A DNA stretch of 64,000 nt from Chara braunii (taxonomy: Eukaryota; Plantae; Charophyceae): the NCBI GenBank assembly GCA_003427395.1, contig BFEA01000009.1:6996272-7060271 (forward strand). The letters are read 5' to 3'. Position 1 is the stretch's first letter. Every line of letters starts with the position of its first letter. This document shows positions 52,490 through 64,000 of this stretch, one piece after another. Position numbers and translations under genes: made by a program. The notes below the pieces were generated by a model, which was not told the DNA's origin, searched no databases, and saw only the letters and a list, made by a program, of their open reading frames with translations.

Positions 52490-53212
52490 TTAGCACGTTT
52501 CCCGTTGTCCTGCGAATGAATTGGTTTTCGAAAATAGTTGTGATAGGACCTCGTCCCCAGCCTTCGATTCTCTGAGCAAAATCGGTTGTATGTATGGATT
52601 CAATGCCTTCAAAACTGGTTTAAAAAAAATAATAATAATAAAAAATAAAATAAAATAAAAAAAGGTTTCCAAGTCCAAGACTTTATCTTCTTGCAGGCAT
52701 CCTAGGGCCTAGCCAATCCCCATTCCTCCGCAATAATGTTCTTTGCGATGACGATCCAAGGTTTATTATCAGGGAGGGTTCAACATCCCCCTGATACTCC
52801 ACTTTTGTGTTTTCACCTCTTTTTTTTTTTCTTTTTTTTTTTTAAACCACGTTATATTCTTCTCTAGTTTCGGCTCTACTCACCAAATCTGCAAAAGGAG
52901 AATCTTCTCTGATGCTAAATCGTGGAAAAAGTACACCCACGAAAAAAAAAAAAAAAAAAAAAAAAAACACAATAGTTCTTGTCTTTTCACATTTGATGAG
53001 CAGTACGTACACTGACGTGATAATCACGGAAAGATAAGCGAAGAAACGTCAAAACCGGTAAAAGTCAAGTGCAACGTACGTCAGCTGAGAGAGAGGGGTA
53101 GGAAGGAGGAATAAAGGAAGAGAACTAAACACAAGGAGTCCATGAAAAGCCCGAACGCAACCTTCATTAAAGATAAACATGAAATAACATAGCGATTTTT
53201 CGCTTTGGTGTT

Positions 53213-53259
53213 GATCCGACCGGTTTCGCGTGGCCGCCAAACCGCGCTCATCAGGGGTC
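53213..53259 (-). ncRNA. Minimal type I hammerhead ribozyme (pseudo-LTR copy 1)
   Basis: Minus strand reads GACCC-CTGATGA-GCGCGGTTTGGCGGCCACGC-GAAA-CCGGTC-GGATC. Confidence 0.85.
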
Positions 53260-53492
53260 TTTGAAGTCGTGTTGAATCTGTTCGCAGACCTCCTTATATG
53301 CTCAGTTCAAGTGGAAACGCCTAGTCTAGAAAGACTTGTTGGTTCAAGAAGTCTGTTCAAGAAGGCTAGAGCTAGTATTATCTAGGAGCCTACAAAACGA
53401 AAAAAAAACAAACAAACAGGAACCCTTGAAAATGACTAAAAAAACTCTTACCGTAGTCAATACGTCCGAGACAATTGTACCAATATCGAAAG

Positions 53493-55800
53493 AAAAAAAA
53501 AAACGCTAGTGAAAGAAAACAAAACTCGTTGAAGGCACATAACAAACATGCTAGTGCTAGAGCCGGGTTGGAGGATTTCTTCATGGGGATACCTACGGTC
53601 TGCCAAAGAATTGTTCCTCCAACCGAAATGAACGTGTGTCCAAATAAATTTAACAAAGTCAAAAATCAATTAAAAAGAAATGAACTTTCATCTGCTTTTA
53701 ATCTGGCCGGTAAGTAACTTGGCGCATTTGTCAAACTTCCCTATGGCGACACCTTTCACATCTTTCCGTTCCCACACATCAATCACTCAGGTCATAACAT
53801 CAAGAATAGAAGGGTGGGGCAGATGAGAAAACATTTCTTCAACGCCAAACGAGACACCAATTAATCGTTCATCGGGACCAATGTTTTGATTGATCCTCTT
53901 TCAAGGTTTTGACTAAATCGTCAGCACTTCGTTAGTTCAAATTGCTATCTGGGGGTGAGCTCCAAAGAAGTGCATTAACAGCGCGCGAAACTGTCTTGCC
54001 GCCAACAACTCAGCATTCGGGATAGGATGGGCAAATCGGCCTCCATCGATCGACGTCCTTATGTTTTGAAATACAGTAGGCTCTTTTCAGGGATCCCTTA
54101 GTGTTCCAACATCTAACCTTGTTCAAACCAAGTTCGTTGTAGTCCTTACGACTGTCCAACAAAACAGACTTTTCCCTTTCGCATACCTCATCAAAAGCAG
54201 GATTTCCTAAAAACAACTTCCTCAACCCTGCCCCAAAAACCACGGGACATCATACCAATGTATCACCTTTATTGTGATCAATCGGAATACATACCAAACC
54301 TTCCAACCGATGAACTAAAATCCTAACATCATCCTCAATAACTGCGGTAGATCCATCAAACGTGCCCTTGTTGAAACATTCCCTAAGTTCGTGGTTCGTC
54401 AGCAAACTCGACTCAACCTGGGGTAAACAAGGATTGGAAGAAAAGGAATTCAACAGTTGTCGTCGCAAAGCACCATCTGAATTACAAGAAGAAGGTCGAG
54501 TGACATTCCGAGAGTTCTTTGCCCAAAATGGAATGGAGTGAAGATCGTTCAAACGAAAGGAAACGTGATCGTTATCCCTAGGAACAGCTAAGTCCGAGTC
54601 ACTACAAGAGCAAGAGAGGGATGAGTGACATGAAAAACTGCGAAAATTGTCAATCAATTATCCAGCGGTTTTGTTGCGAGTCCATACACTCGTAAGCGAC
54701 GAACAAGCATCACCCTCCATGCAAATCCGATGTCCATGCCGGTAAGAATACGAGAACATAACTGCCGGACTTTGGTTTTACTCAGACCCTCGTCATATCG
54801 AACACGAACAACAACTCGCTTCCTGATCGAAATACCAAACCGTTTCTGAATAATGGTCGACAAAATGCATCTGAGCCGAAATCGAGATCGCTTCTCCGAA
54901 AACGTCTTGATCGCATTGTATGCGAACCACAACGTATCGAAATCCCATGCATAGGCCAACTTCTTGCTGACCGGATTACTTAAAAAATTCCCCAAGGGTC
55001 CTTTAAAGACCAAGAATCGATATAAGAAGGGAGTTACTTGTTCCACATCAAGAATCATCCATCCTCTGACATATCGTAATTCCAATCGTCCAAATTCGTT
55101 GGAGACTAAACTCCCACCATACATCCTTCGAACAACCTTCCATTTTTCAACCAACAAATCCCCTCCCAAGCATTCGATACGGGTACGGTGAATATTCCTC
55201 CGTCTGTTCATCCAAAATTTCCAGCAGACTCCTTGAAGCCAAACCAAAGCAGGAACGAAAGAGAATCAAGTCACAATCCCGTCCTACCGTATTAATCAAC
55301 TTATCTGAAGTATTTGAAGATCGTCTCATCTTCCGCAATCTCTCACGACGTCCTAATCTCATTTTTTTTCCTCGCTTGGGTTTGTCCCGACTATTAAGAG
55401 TAGGGCAAATATGATGGATAAAGAATTTCTCTACGTCCAAAATATCACTCTCAGAACATTGGTAGATAGGAATCGCCATGTAATCTTCCAAACCCCTTCA
55501 TCGCAACCATCGATATAATCGCTCATTCCGTTTCCCCTTGCTACTAACATATCCATTAGAGGACCGATAGACATGCTCAGTCCAACGAGTGTGAAGATCC
55601 CTAGTGGTACTACCAACATACATGTGTTTACACCAGGGTGGAAAAAACACATATACCAACGGTCCCGCAAGATCCCCCAACACACCTCCATTGTTAGCCA
55701 GAAAGTGAGAGATGAAAGGAATAAGCCGCTTGCCCCAAGGAATCACTCCGGTAATCAACAACAAACAAGTAGCCAAGCATAACAATCGGTTAATCAATCT
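53493..55800 (-). pseudogene. GIY-YIG endonuclease plus truncated Penelope-type RT
   Basis: EN: LVYVFFPPWCKHMYVGSTTRDLHTRWTEH..E..FI....PTLN. RT: PIDHNKG, KHKDVDRWRPI, FGVEEMFSHLPH, WQTVGIPM. No YxDD region is present. Confidence 0.88.
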
Positions 55801-55879
55801 ACAACGCAGCAGTTCAGTAGAGCTACGAAGTTTGAATAGATAACGGACAGAGGTCCAAAGATCAGTTGCGCTCGGGAGA

Positions 55880-57897
55880 GATACTAAGACACGGCGACAT
55901 CAACGTCGTCATCCCTTTCGACTGCATTAGAGTCCCCAGCGGACACTTCAACTACAGAGGTAACCTTTTCCTTACCTTTATTGCGGTCATCAACCCCGAA
56001 AGCCTTCTCAACCCTTCTGGTCGCGATCATGTCCTTCGTTGGTTCCAAAGTGGTGTACGGCACCCTCTCTTCTCGACAAATTTCTTGAATTCCATCTTTA
56101 TTCTTACATCGTAGGTTCTTCTTCTCCATCTACATGAGCGCATCCCGATCATTGACTTCAATGCCGACAACAAACCCTTTCTTTTTCGAAGAGGAGCAGG
56201 GTGGTTTATAGGTGGAGGATCCAACAGCTTCATCCAAACGCATCTTGAGGTTAGTTCCCTTCTGCCCGTGACCCATTTCTAAGTGTGTCATTTCAGCCTT
56301 CAAATTCTCTACTTCTTTCTCCGCCCCGATCCTTCCGTTGACGTCCTTCATCCGCATCTCCTTGAGCAAATTAAACTCCATATTGTGACAATCCACAATA
56401 CCCTTCAAAACAGGGTTGGTTCTTCCACTAGTCCGTACGGTAGATGGTCCAGGGACATCAGCTGCCTGGCGAGGAGTGCCTTTCAAACAAGATCTAGCAT
56501 GCGATAGTGAAGTCTCAATGGCAATGCTCCCTCGCTTGTTACTTGGACGTAATGCTTCAGCCTTCCACAATTCAGCACTTGCTTCAGCAACTTCCTTGCC
56601 CCGAGTCAAATTGTTAATTCGCTCTTCCATAATAGCAAAACGTCTGTCAGCAGCCGCTCTCATCTCTTCTTGTTCGAGTCTAAGCTTGTTCACCACGTCC
56701 GAATCGGTGTTAATGGAGTGAATCGGAGTAACTGCCTCCTTCGCTCTTGACAACCTGGCAACATCTTCTCGTAGCTTGGCGAGCTCGTTAGCTTCCTGAT
56801 CTCTCTTATCGATCTTCCCGCAGATCTTCTCCCATTGCTTCCCCAACTCTTGACTAAGTCTCGAATGTTGTTCTTCACGTTCCTGTTTATCTTTTAATCT
56901 CCTCTCCTGCTCTTATTTTTCCTTGTTCCTTCGTTCGGTCTCTTGCTTCTCTGCTAATTCCTTGGCTTCATCCGCGTCATGCTTGGTCTTGATTTTGCCC
57001 ACAATGTGTTCAAGGGTGGCCACCCGATTGCGTAGCCAATACTTCTCGTTCGAGTATCCGTAAGAATGATTGTTCGAAAACTGCGGCAAAGTTGTGCCTA
57101 CTCTGGCATGTTGCTTGGTGCGGACACCAAAGGCTGGGCCGGAACGATGGCCGTGCTCGTGTTCGTCTGTCCTTCGTTAAACCACCAGTACCTTCCCCAG
57201 TGTTGGAAAATTACGTGATACTGGCCAGTACCCGAACTTTTCGGGGGTCGGATAGAGGGTCGGCAATGTCCCAAAAGTCTTTTTTTTTTTTTTGCCCGTG
57301 CACGAAAGGGAAAAGGAAAAAAACGGGCCTTTGTACTGCAATGATGTCGGGCAGGGATGTCTAGGAGACCGTGCTCACACAGCCTCACAGTCTTGCATGC
57401 ATTTTACAGCAAAGACGGTCACGTTCTCAAACTTGTTGTTTTCTTTTTTTCTTTTGTATTTGTTTGTTATGAGTACCCTGCCAACGAGGCAGGGCGGAAT
57501 CCGTGATCTGCTCTAGTGTTGTTTCCTTAGATGATTGTAAAACTGATGTATAAAATCGTTTTCAAGGCCGAATCCATGTTTTCGTTTTTTTTTTCTTGTT
57601 TTCATTTACTGGACTCTGACAATAATCCGTGATCTGCTCGAGCTGTGTTCCCTCAGAGGATTGTAACCCTGATCACACTGGCACTTACGGGAATGTATCT
57701 TGCCATTTTCACGGGCAAATCCATGTTTGTCCGGTTTTTTTTTTTTTTTGAGTTTCTGAAATCTGACAACCTGGCCATGGGGTTGAGATGCCCTCCCTGA
57801 GGGCACGCTCACACTTACACTTTCCGAGAATGTATACAGCTGCAATCACGCCCAGAGCTTTGTTTCTTTTTCTTGTTTTCTGAGTTTTCACGGCCGC

Positions 57898-57931
<34 letters not shown>

Positions 57932-58140
57932 GTCTTCCTGTGAGAGTACCATAAAGAAATGGAGTGGGACCCAGGCTCGACAAAACTCGGAGCACAGTGA
58001 AAATCAGGGTCGGCAAAAACAGGCTCGGAGGTACTGGTGGTTCAAGTCGTTTATCCGGAAGGTGACAAAATCTTGAAATGTGCCCCTGCTGTCCGCAATT
58101 GTAACATGTCAGTGATCTGCAAATTCGCCTGAGATGCCAT
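55880..58140 (-). pseudogene. Gag-like ORF: CX2CX4HX4C knuckle plus coiled coil, interrupted
   Basis: TCYNCGQQGHISRFC at ~58070-58112, and an E/K/R-rich heptad region at 56130-56990. Confidence 0.75.
57181..58041. mobile_element. 861-bp TTAA-targeting non-autonomous DNA transposon
   Basis: Perfect 13-bp TIR ACCACCAGTACCT. Flanks are TTAA (57177-57180) and TCAA (58042-58045). The empty site restores ..DKRLNEGQTN.. Confidence 0.85.
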
Positions 58141-58409
58141 CGTAAATTTCGAAGCCACACGAAACGTAGTACTACTCCTACGTTGGTTACTTCGTGCGTG
58201 AAAGTACTCTCACGTGACAATCACGGAAAGATAAGCGAAGAAACGTCAAAACCGGTAAAAGTCAAGTGCAACGTACGTCAGCTGAGAGAGAGAGGTAGGA
58301 GGGAGGAAGAAAGGAAGAGAACTAAACACAAGGAGTCCATGAAAAGCCCGAACGCAACCTTCATTAAAGATAAACATGAAAGAACATAGCGATTTCTCTT
58401 TTTGGCGTT

Positions 58410-58456
58410 GACCCGACCGGTTTCACGTGGCCGCCAAACCGCACTCATCAGGGGTT
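58410..58456 (-). ncRNA. Minimal type I hammerhead ribozyme (pseudo-LTR copy 2)
   Basis: Minus strand reads AACCC-CTGATGA-GTGCGGTTTGGCGGCCACGT-GAAA-CCGGTC-GGGTC. Confidence 0.85.
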
Positions 58457-58699
58457 TTAGAAGTCTGTCGAATCTGTTCGCAGACCTCCTTATTTTTCAG
58501 TTCAGTCGGAAACGCCTAGTCTAGAAAAGCCTGTTGGTTCAAGAAGTCTGTTCTAGAAGGCTAGAGTCCGTATTATCTAGGAGCCTACAAAACGACAAAA
58601 AAGAACAAACAGGAACCCTTGAAAAGGACTAAAAAAACTCCTACCGTAATGTATCTAGCCAATACGTCCGTGACAATTGTACCAATATCGAAAAAGGAA

Positions 58700-59363
58700 A
58701 GACCCGCCTATGAAATACTTCTTCTGAAACCTTCCGAGGTCCAAACAAACGAACCTGGCTTCGAACCCCGCAGTATGGCCTATCGGCAGTCGCATCAGGA
58801 CTTGATGTTCAGATTGATTCAAAATGTTGGCACGAGTCTATGGCAGTGACAGCCTCAGCGTCCTGGATTCTCACAAGAGGTATGAATATTACTGAGACCT
58901 GCTCGCGCTGTAGGTGGGGATGGGAAACAACAACTCATCTATGGCTCTACTGCCCGATGGCCATTAAAGTCTGGGAATGGTGGATATCACAGTGGAGGGA
59001 ATTCACGGGGAACAAATTTTCGTGGACTCAAGAGTGGTCGCTTGTTGGACTGTGTGCAAAAGATCAGGTGTTGACAAAGGGCTGGGGATACGTCCTGGTC
59101 TGCAGAGGGTCCATTTTAGAGACCATATGGAAAGCAAGAAACACAATGGTTTTCAAACAGGAGACTATTTCCATTCACAACCAGAGTGCACAAATCAAGA
59201 GCTTGATCAGAAGATCAATCAGGGTCGACTGGCAGAACAGGGGGAGGACAGGACCTGGTTCAATCAGACTTGGGCAAATGAAGGTGCCCTGGCGCAGGTC
59301 TCACCAGAAGGGAAACTCAGTATAGCACGGTGGATTCAATCCAAGGACAAAGAGCCTGTGTAA
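58700..59363 (+). pseudogene. LINE ORF2 C-terminal fragment (zf-RVT-like)
   Basis: CSRCRWGWETTTHLWLYCP..VW, KGWGYV and IWKARNTMVF. Confidence 0.85.
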
Positions 59364-59827
59364 AGGCGGCAGTGTAGGCCTAGGAGAAGCAAGTGTTTTT
59401 TTCGTGTAGCCCCCGAGTTAGGGGACAGCGTTGGACCGTAGGCTTGGAAGCAAATAAGTAATGCTTTTCTTAGCACCGTGTTCGCGCACGAACATGTTCG
59501 CACGAACGCGAACAAGTGTCCAAAACCCTCCGAACGCGAACATTAAAAAAAAAAAAAAAAGTTCTCAGAAAAATCTGAAAAAACCATACGTTATGTAAAG
59601 TTTTCTATAATGATTTAAGGGTAAGTAGGATTGTCGAATATTGGTTCTTTTAACACAGACTGTGTAATTGGCAGATAACTTTCCTAGTTTGGTGGTTAAA
59701 ACTCAGTACTTAGGATAGTCTTGGTTGTTAACAGTACCAACGGCTGGGCTAATTCAGTAGACATGAGATGTCGGACTGGATCTTTCAGACTAAGCTAAAC
59801 CGGCTGATGCTGGCGGGATAACTCCGG

Positions 59828-59924
59828 GGGCTAGGTCCCACTTGCACGAATTAAGAGATACTGACCCTAGATAGCAAAGATCAACGGCCCAAATCTCCTA
59901 ATTTGCGCAAGTGGGACCTTGCCC
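59828..59924. mobile_element. 97-bp MITE with CGG TSD
   Basis: ~32-bp TIR GGGCTAGGTCCCACTTGC.. CGG at 59825-59827 and 59925-59927. Confidence 0.8.
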
Positions 59925-60333
59925 CGGGTTGAATTGTGAGGTCCCCGGCCTCGGCTCAGACGGTTGGTTTTGAAATAAAAAGGGAATTCCTGAAAAAAAA
60001 AAAAAAAAAAGTTGGCGGGAGTGGGAGTAGGCCCGCACTTCCACCGACTCGCGATGTCCCGGGGGTAGCAAAGAGGATTCGCTCCTGAATCTGGATGTCC
60101 TTTAAGAAGAGATGCAGAAACTCGGTTCCATCTCGATTTTCTTCATCATGTTGCACCACTCCACAGACACGTCTAGATTCAGGCGTTAAGTCTAATTCTC
60201 TTTGCTAGTGGAACTTTGTCGTTTTGTTCTTCATTCCTGACCGCCGATGGGGCGGGAATACACAGATCCATCGCCAGAAATGAAGAACACCATCTAGCGT
60301 CTAGCCGGACTTGGGCCCCGGACTTGGGCCCCG

Positions 60334-60502
60334 GGGCCAAGTCCCACTAGCAGCGTTGAGGTAGAGCTACCTCAACGCCTGAATCTGGATGCTTTTTCGG
60401 AGACGTGCAGAAATGGTGTTGAGTTTCCTGAACTGCAACCCTCCACAAACACTCCACATTCAGGCGTTGAGGTAGCTTAACGCTGTTGGTGGGACTTTGC
60501 CG
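60334..60502. mobile_element. 169-bp MITE with CCG TSD
   Basis: Imperfect TIR GGGCCAAGTCCCAC..CAGCGTT..AGCTACCTCAACGCCTGAAT. CCG at 60331-60333 and 60503-60505. Confidence 0.75.
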
Positions 60503-60557
60503 CCGGTCCGTTTCTCCTGTCGTATGTGTCGTTGGTGTTTCGTCGAGCATTCCCCCG

Positions 60558-61151
60558 GGGCCATGTCCCACTTGCACCGTTGAGTTGAGTAGCTCAACGG
60601 TGCGACACGGTTTTCGTGATTAAAAAACTATTTTCTCGCATTTTTTGTCAATTCCATAAAGACCTTTTCGACAATTTTTTGTACTCTGTGAATATATTGA
60701 AAAATAAAAGAAGTAAAGGCGAAATCGTTATCATTACTCCCTGTGCCCGAATCTGTGAAGAACCTCATGCGCTGTGCTTACGGAGTGTAGTCTGACNCTA
60801 CNCGCCGATCANNGCGCCTGGCACGACGGCAATCATGAACCTGTGTCCGATAATTTTTCGTTTTCGGGGGAAATCTATCCGAGCAGCCACCGTTGAACTA
60901 CCTACCCCGTTTTTGAAAAGGCAGCTAGTTCAACGGAAGTGGGCCAGGGTAGGGGGCGTTCTAATCGGGGGCGGCCATATTTTCCCCTTCGTTTAGACCC
61001 AAAAAAAACCCCGAAAGTCGATTATCATTTCACAAATAAATTCAACCGCCCGATGCCCCGCTCCTCGTGTGATCGTGTGAGTCGCCCCAGGTCACACGTA
61101 ATAGAATACTCAACGTTGAGCTAGCTCAACGGTGCAAGTGGGACATGGCCC
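60558..61151. mobile_element. 594-bp MITE with CCG TSD
   Basis: Perfect 27-bp TIR GGGCCATGTCCCACTTGCACCGTTGAG. CCG at 60555-60557 and 61152-61154. Confidence 0.9.
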
Positions 61152-61559
61152 CCGCCCCCGCCTTTTGGCTTTTTTTTTTTGTTTTTTTTGTTTTTTTTTG
61201 TTTTTTTTTGTTTTTTTTTGTTTTTGTTTTTTTTTCCCAACTTTTCATTCAAATATACTAAGATGGCGGGGGGGCTCACAAACAACCCTACGCAACAGTA
61301 TTCCCCCGAATACAACGCACGGTCATTATAGTTGAATTTGGGTTATCTTTCAGTCTAAATATACAGCTATAATGCCCGTACGTTATATTCGGGGGAAGAC
61401 GGTAGCCGCGTTGAGTTTCGTCAATGGCTACCTACAGCGAGCCCGCCCCCGCCTTTTCGATATGCCCACATCAAAAAGACAATCTCTCTCTCTCTCTCTC
61501 NTCAATGGCTACCTACAGCGAGCCCGCCCCCGCCTTTTCGATATGCCCACATCAAAAAG

Positions 61560-61600
<41 letters not shown>

Positions 61601-62018
61601 CTGTGTGTGTGTCTGTGCTCCGCCCGGCGCGAAGTCCCACTTGGTCGAATTCTTCGTTTCTTAACCGTTGGATCGTCGTAATCTACGGTTATACGAAGAT
61701 GATAAGCAGCTCTTTGCAATTGTTTCGGCCATTTGTTGGTGGTTATAGCTGTATCTGGACTGAAAGGTAGCCCAAATACTGGTATAATGACCGGGCGTTC
61801 TATTTGGGTCATGTCGGGTATCGACTGGTTAGTGAGTACACTGACTGGTTAGTGAGTACACTGCGGCGATACCCTTCGTTTTCCAAAGTTCAGATTTTTG
61901 TTTTTTTGTTTGTTTTTTTGGGAAAGTTCAGATTTTAACAATCCCGCTCTTTTTCCGCGGTTCATCAGTTTCACCCGCGTTCGCTATCTTTTTCCCTCTT
62001 GCCTTGTTGAACAGCAGG

Positions 62019-62111
62019 CGTTTTCCAGTGGTGTGTGGGGGCGGGATGTCGTTTTCCGGTGGTGTGCGGGGGCGGGATGTCGTTTTCCGGTGGTGTGCGG
62101 GGGCGGGATGT
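62019..62111. repeat. 3x ~31-bp GC-rich tandem repeat
   Basis: CGTTTTCCGGTGGTGTGCGGGGGCGGGATGT. Confidence 0.9.
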
Positions 62112-62234
62112 CTATGCGTGTGTGTGCGCGCGCGCTTGGTGCCGTTTTCTCACATCTCTGTTTTTTCGTCAGAAGCTCGCTCGGTGTTAGCTATGCAGCC
62201 GCGGCTGTTGCTGCTTAGTAGTTGTTAGGGCGTC

Positions 62235-62656
62235 GTCTTCTTCTCCCTCTTCTTCATCATCATCTCCCTCTTCTTCTTCTTCTTCTTCTTCTTCTTCTTT
62301 ACTTCTTCCCGCTCTCTTCGTTTCATTTTTTGTTTCATTTCTTCTTCTTCTTCTTCTTCTTCTTCTTCTTCTTCTTCGTTGTCGTCGGTTCACGACGCGG
62401 ATGAGAACTCCATCGCCACTGCATCATCATCGCAGCCGTCCGTCGATGTGAAGCTTTTACGGCGAGAATCTGTTATGAACATTGGTTCGTGGTTTGGAGT
62501 TGCGCTTGAACGAATTGATCGATCTATTCCCTTCCCCCAACATCCCCGGCTCCGTCCCCCTCCCCTCCGCCACCCTCCCCTTCCGCCCCCCTCCCCTTCC
62601 GTTCCCCGCCGCCCCCTTACGAAGAATCGTAGCCATCTGCCGACGTCGGAGACTTT

Positions 62657-62739
<83 letters not shown>

Positions 62740-63030
62740 GTGTCTCTCTGTGTGTCTCTCTGTGTGTCTCTCTGTGTGTCTCTCTGTGTTGCTATTGACT
62801 GGGCAACATGATTGTCGGAGTTGTTGGACTGAGGAAATGGATGGGCTCTATCCCGTCGGCAGTGGGAGAACAAGATGAAGGCCACAAGCTGGCCTGATCG
62901 GTAATAAATCAATCAAATCAGTCAATCAATCAATCAATCAATTAATCAATCAATCGATCAATCGATCAATCGATCAATCGATCGATCAATTAATCAATCG
63001 ATCGATCAATCAATCATTCAGTCAATTGAT
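62235..63030. repeat. (CTT)n, (CT)n and (ATCA/ATCG)n simple repeats
   Basis: Direct reading. Confidence 0.9.
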
Positions 63031-63108
63031 CGACCACTGATCTATGTATTAATTAACGAATCGATGCCGTAGTCGATCTACTAATTAGCAATGGATGGGA
63101 TTTTTCAG
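62901..63108 (+). other. Possible spliceosomal intron in a putative host-gene 5' region
   Basis: GTAATA donor, TACTAAT branch-like site at 63079-63085, TTTTTCAG acceptor. Confidence 0.3.
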
Positions 63109-64000
63109 ATACGATCAGTCAAAGTCAAGCATGAGGATTATCGATCAGGGAACGGCGAGAAAGCGATGTGATTGGAACGCGCCGCGCACGAGACTATTTA
63201 TTAGCTGGCAGTGCTTCTCTACTTTCCGCTGATAGAGTTTTTATATAACCTTGTGATCATGGGGATATTAACCTTGTGATGGGGATATTAACCTTGTGAT
63301 GGGGAATGGCTGTAGACGACACGATGAGGAGGAAGTCCCCAAGTAGCAGGAGCGGGGACCACAGCTATTATGGGAAAGAGAGGAGGATGAGAGCGATGGC
63401 CATGGAACTAGGTAGGTGCAGACTGGGAGAAAGAGGAGTCCGTCTGACCGGAGAAGAAGATAGACTCCAACGCCGAACACTAGGATGATTTTTTCTTCGC
63501 TGAGAAGAAGAGGCATTTTGACGAGAGCCACGTGATTGAAGTGTGTTCAAGGAAATGACGTCGAAGGTTTAACTCTCAAAGAATCTTCATCGAAGAGTCA
63601 CCGAATCTTCATCGAGACGATCGTTACCGCCACGTGACCGGATCGTGACCGAATCGTCACCAAACCGGCAGTGAACCTTCACCGAATCGTCACGGATCGT
63701 CAGAGAATCGTCGAGCACGAATGTTAGCGCCACGTGTGCTGGCATGAGGACGAAAGAGGGGTGGTGATTGGCCACAGGCTGGAGATTACCTCCTCCTCCC
63801 TTATTTCCCCGACAGATTCATAATGTAATACACGGCAAAATCGAATGTCTTTCGTTGATATCCATTTCCCATCGATAAGGATACCAGATTGTCGGGCGTA
63901 GGAATACTGGTTCTAAAAGACAGGCTTTTATGGTCTGATAATCTTCTACCGAATCGTCTCTTCCTATCTCCCTCCCTTTTTTGCTCCAAAAGACCCTTTC

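Larger units (their letters stand above)
53007..58695 (-). mobile_element. Penelope-like element with GIY-YIG upstream of RT (Chlamys/Naiad architecture) and direct pseudo-LTRs
   Basis: ~490-bp direct repeats at 53007-53492 and 58204-58695. Order on the minus strand: CCHC knuckle, coiled coil, GIY-YIG, RT. Confidence 0.88.

Noticed and set aside
61421-61600. ~80-bp exact tandem duplication
   Set aside because: The copies are separated by a single N at 61501 next to a CT tract, so it is probably a contig-overlap artefact.

Overview
Eukaryotic, repeat-saturated DNA with no intact host gene that I can support. The assembly has gaps, the largest at 39008-39739. The content resembles a large streptophyte-algal genome such as Chara, which is inference from TE content and microsatellite style only. 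The window is a stack of nested, mostly decayed transposable elements, and many junctions can be rebuilt from target-site duplications (TSDs). Retroelements: a near full-length L1/Tx1-type LINE (about 18.06-28.75 kb, minus) carrying two nested insertions, three more LINE ORF2 fragments, two non-autonomous poly(A) retroposon families (one tRNA-headed with five ~210-bp units), and a Penelope-like element (53.0-58.7 kb) with GIY-YIG upstream of RT and a minimal hammerhead ribozyme in each direct terminal repeat. DNA transposons: a PIF/Harbinger transposase pseudogene, a Sola1-like DDE transposase pseudogene, seven MITEs with 3-bp TSDs in two target classes (TNA and CNG), and one TTAA-targeting element. 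The least explained structure is a ~7.7-kb tract (28.8-36.5 kb) with roughly 40 or more copies of the near-palindrome GTTGTCGTG-TTCRA-CACGACAAC. These copies form nested inverted repeats, are interleaved with orphan exon-like sequence, and lie directly upstream of the Sola1-like transposase.
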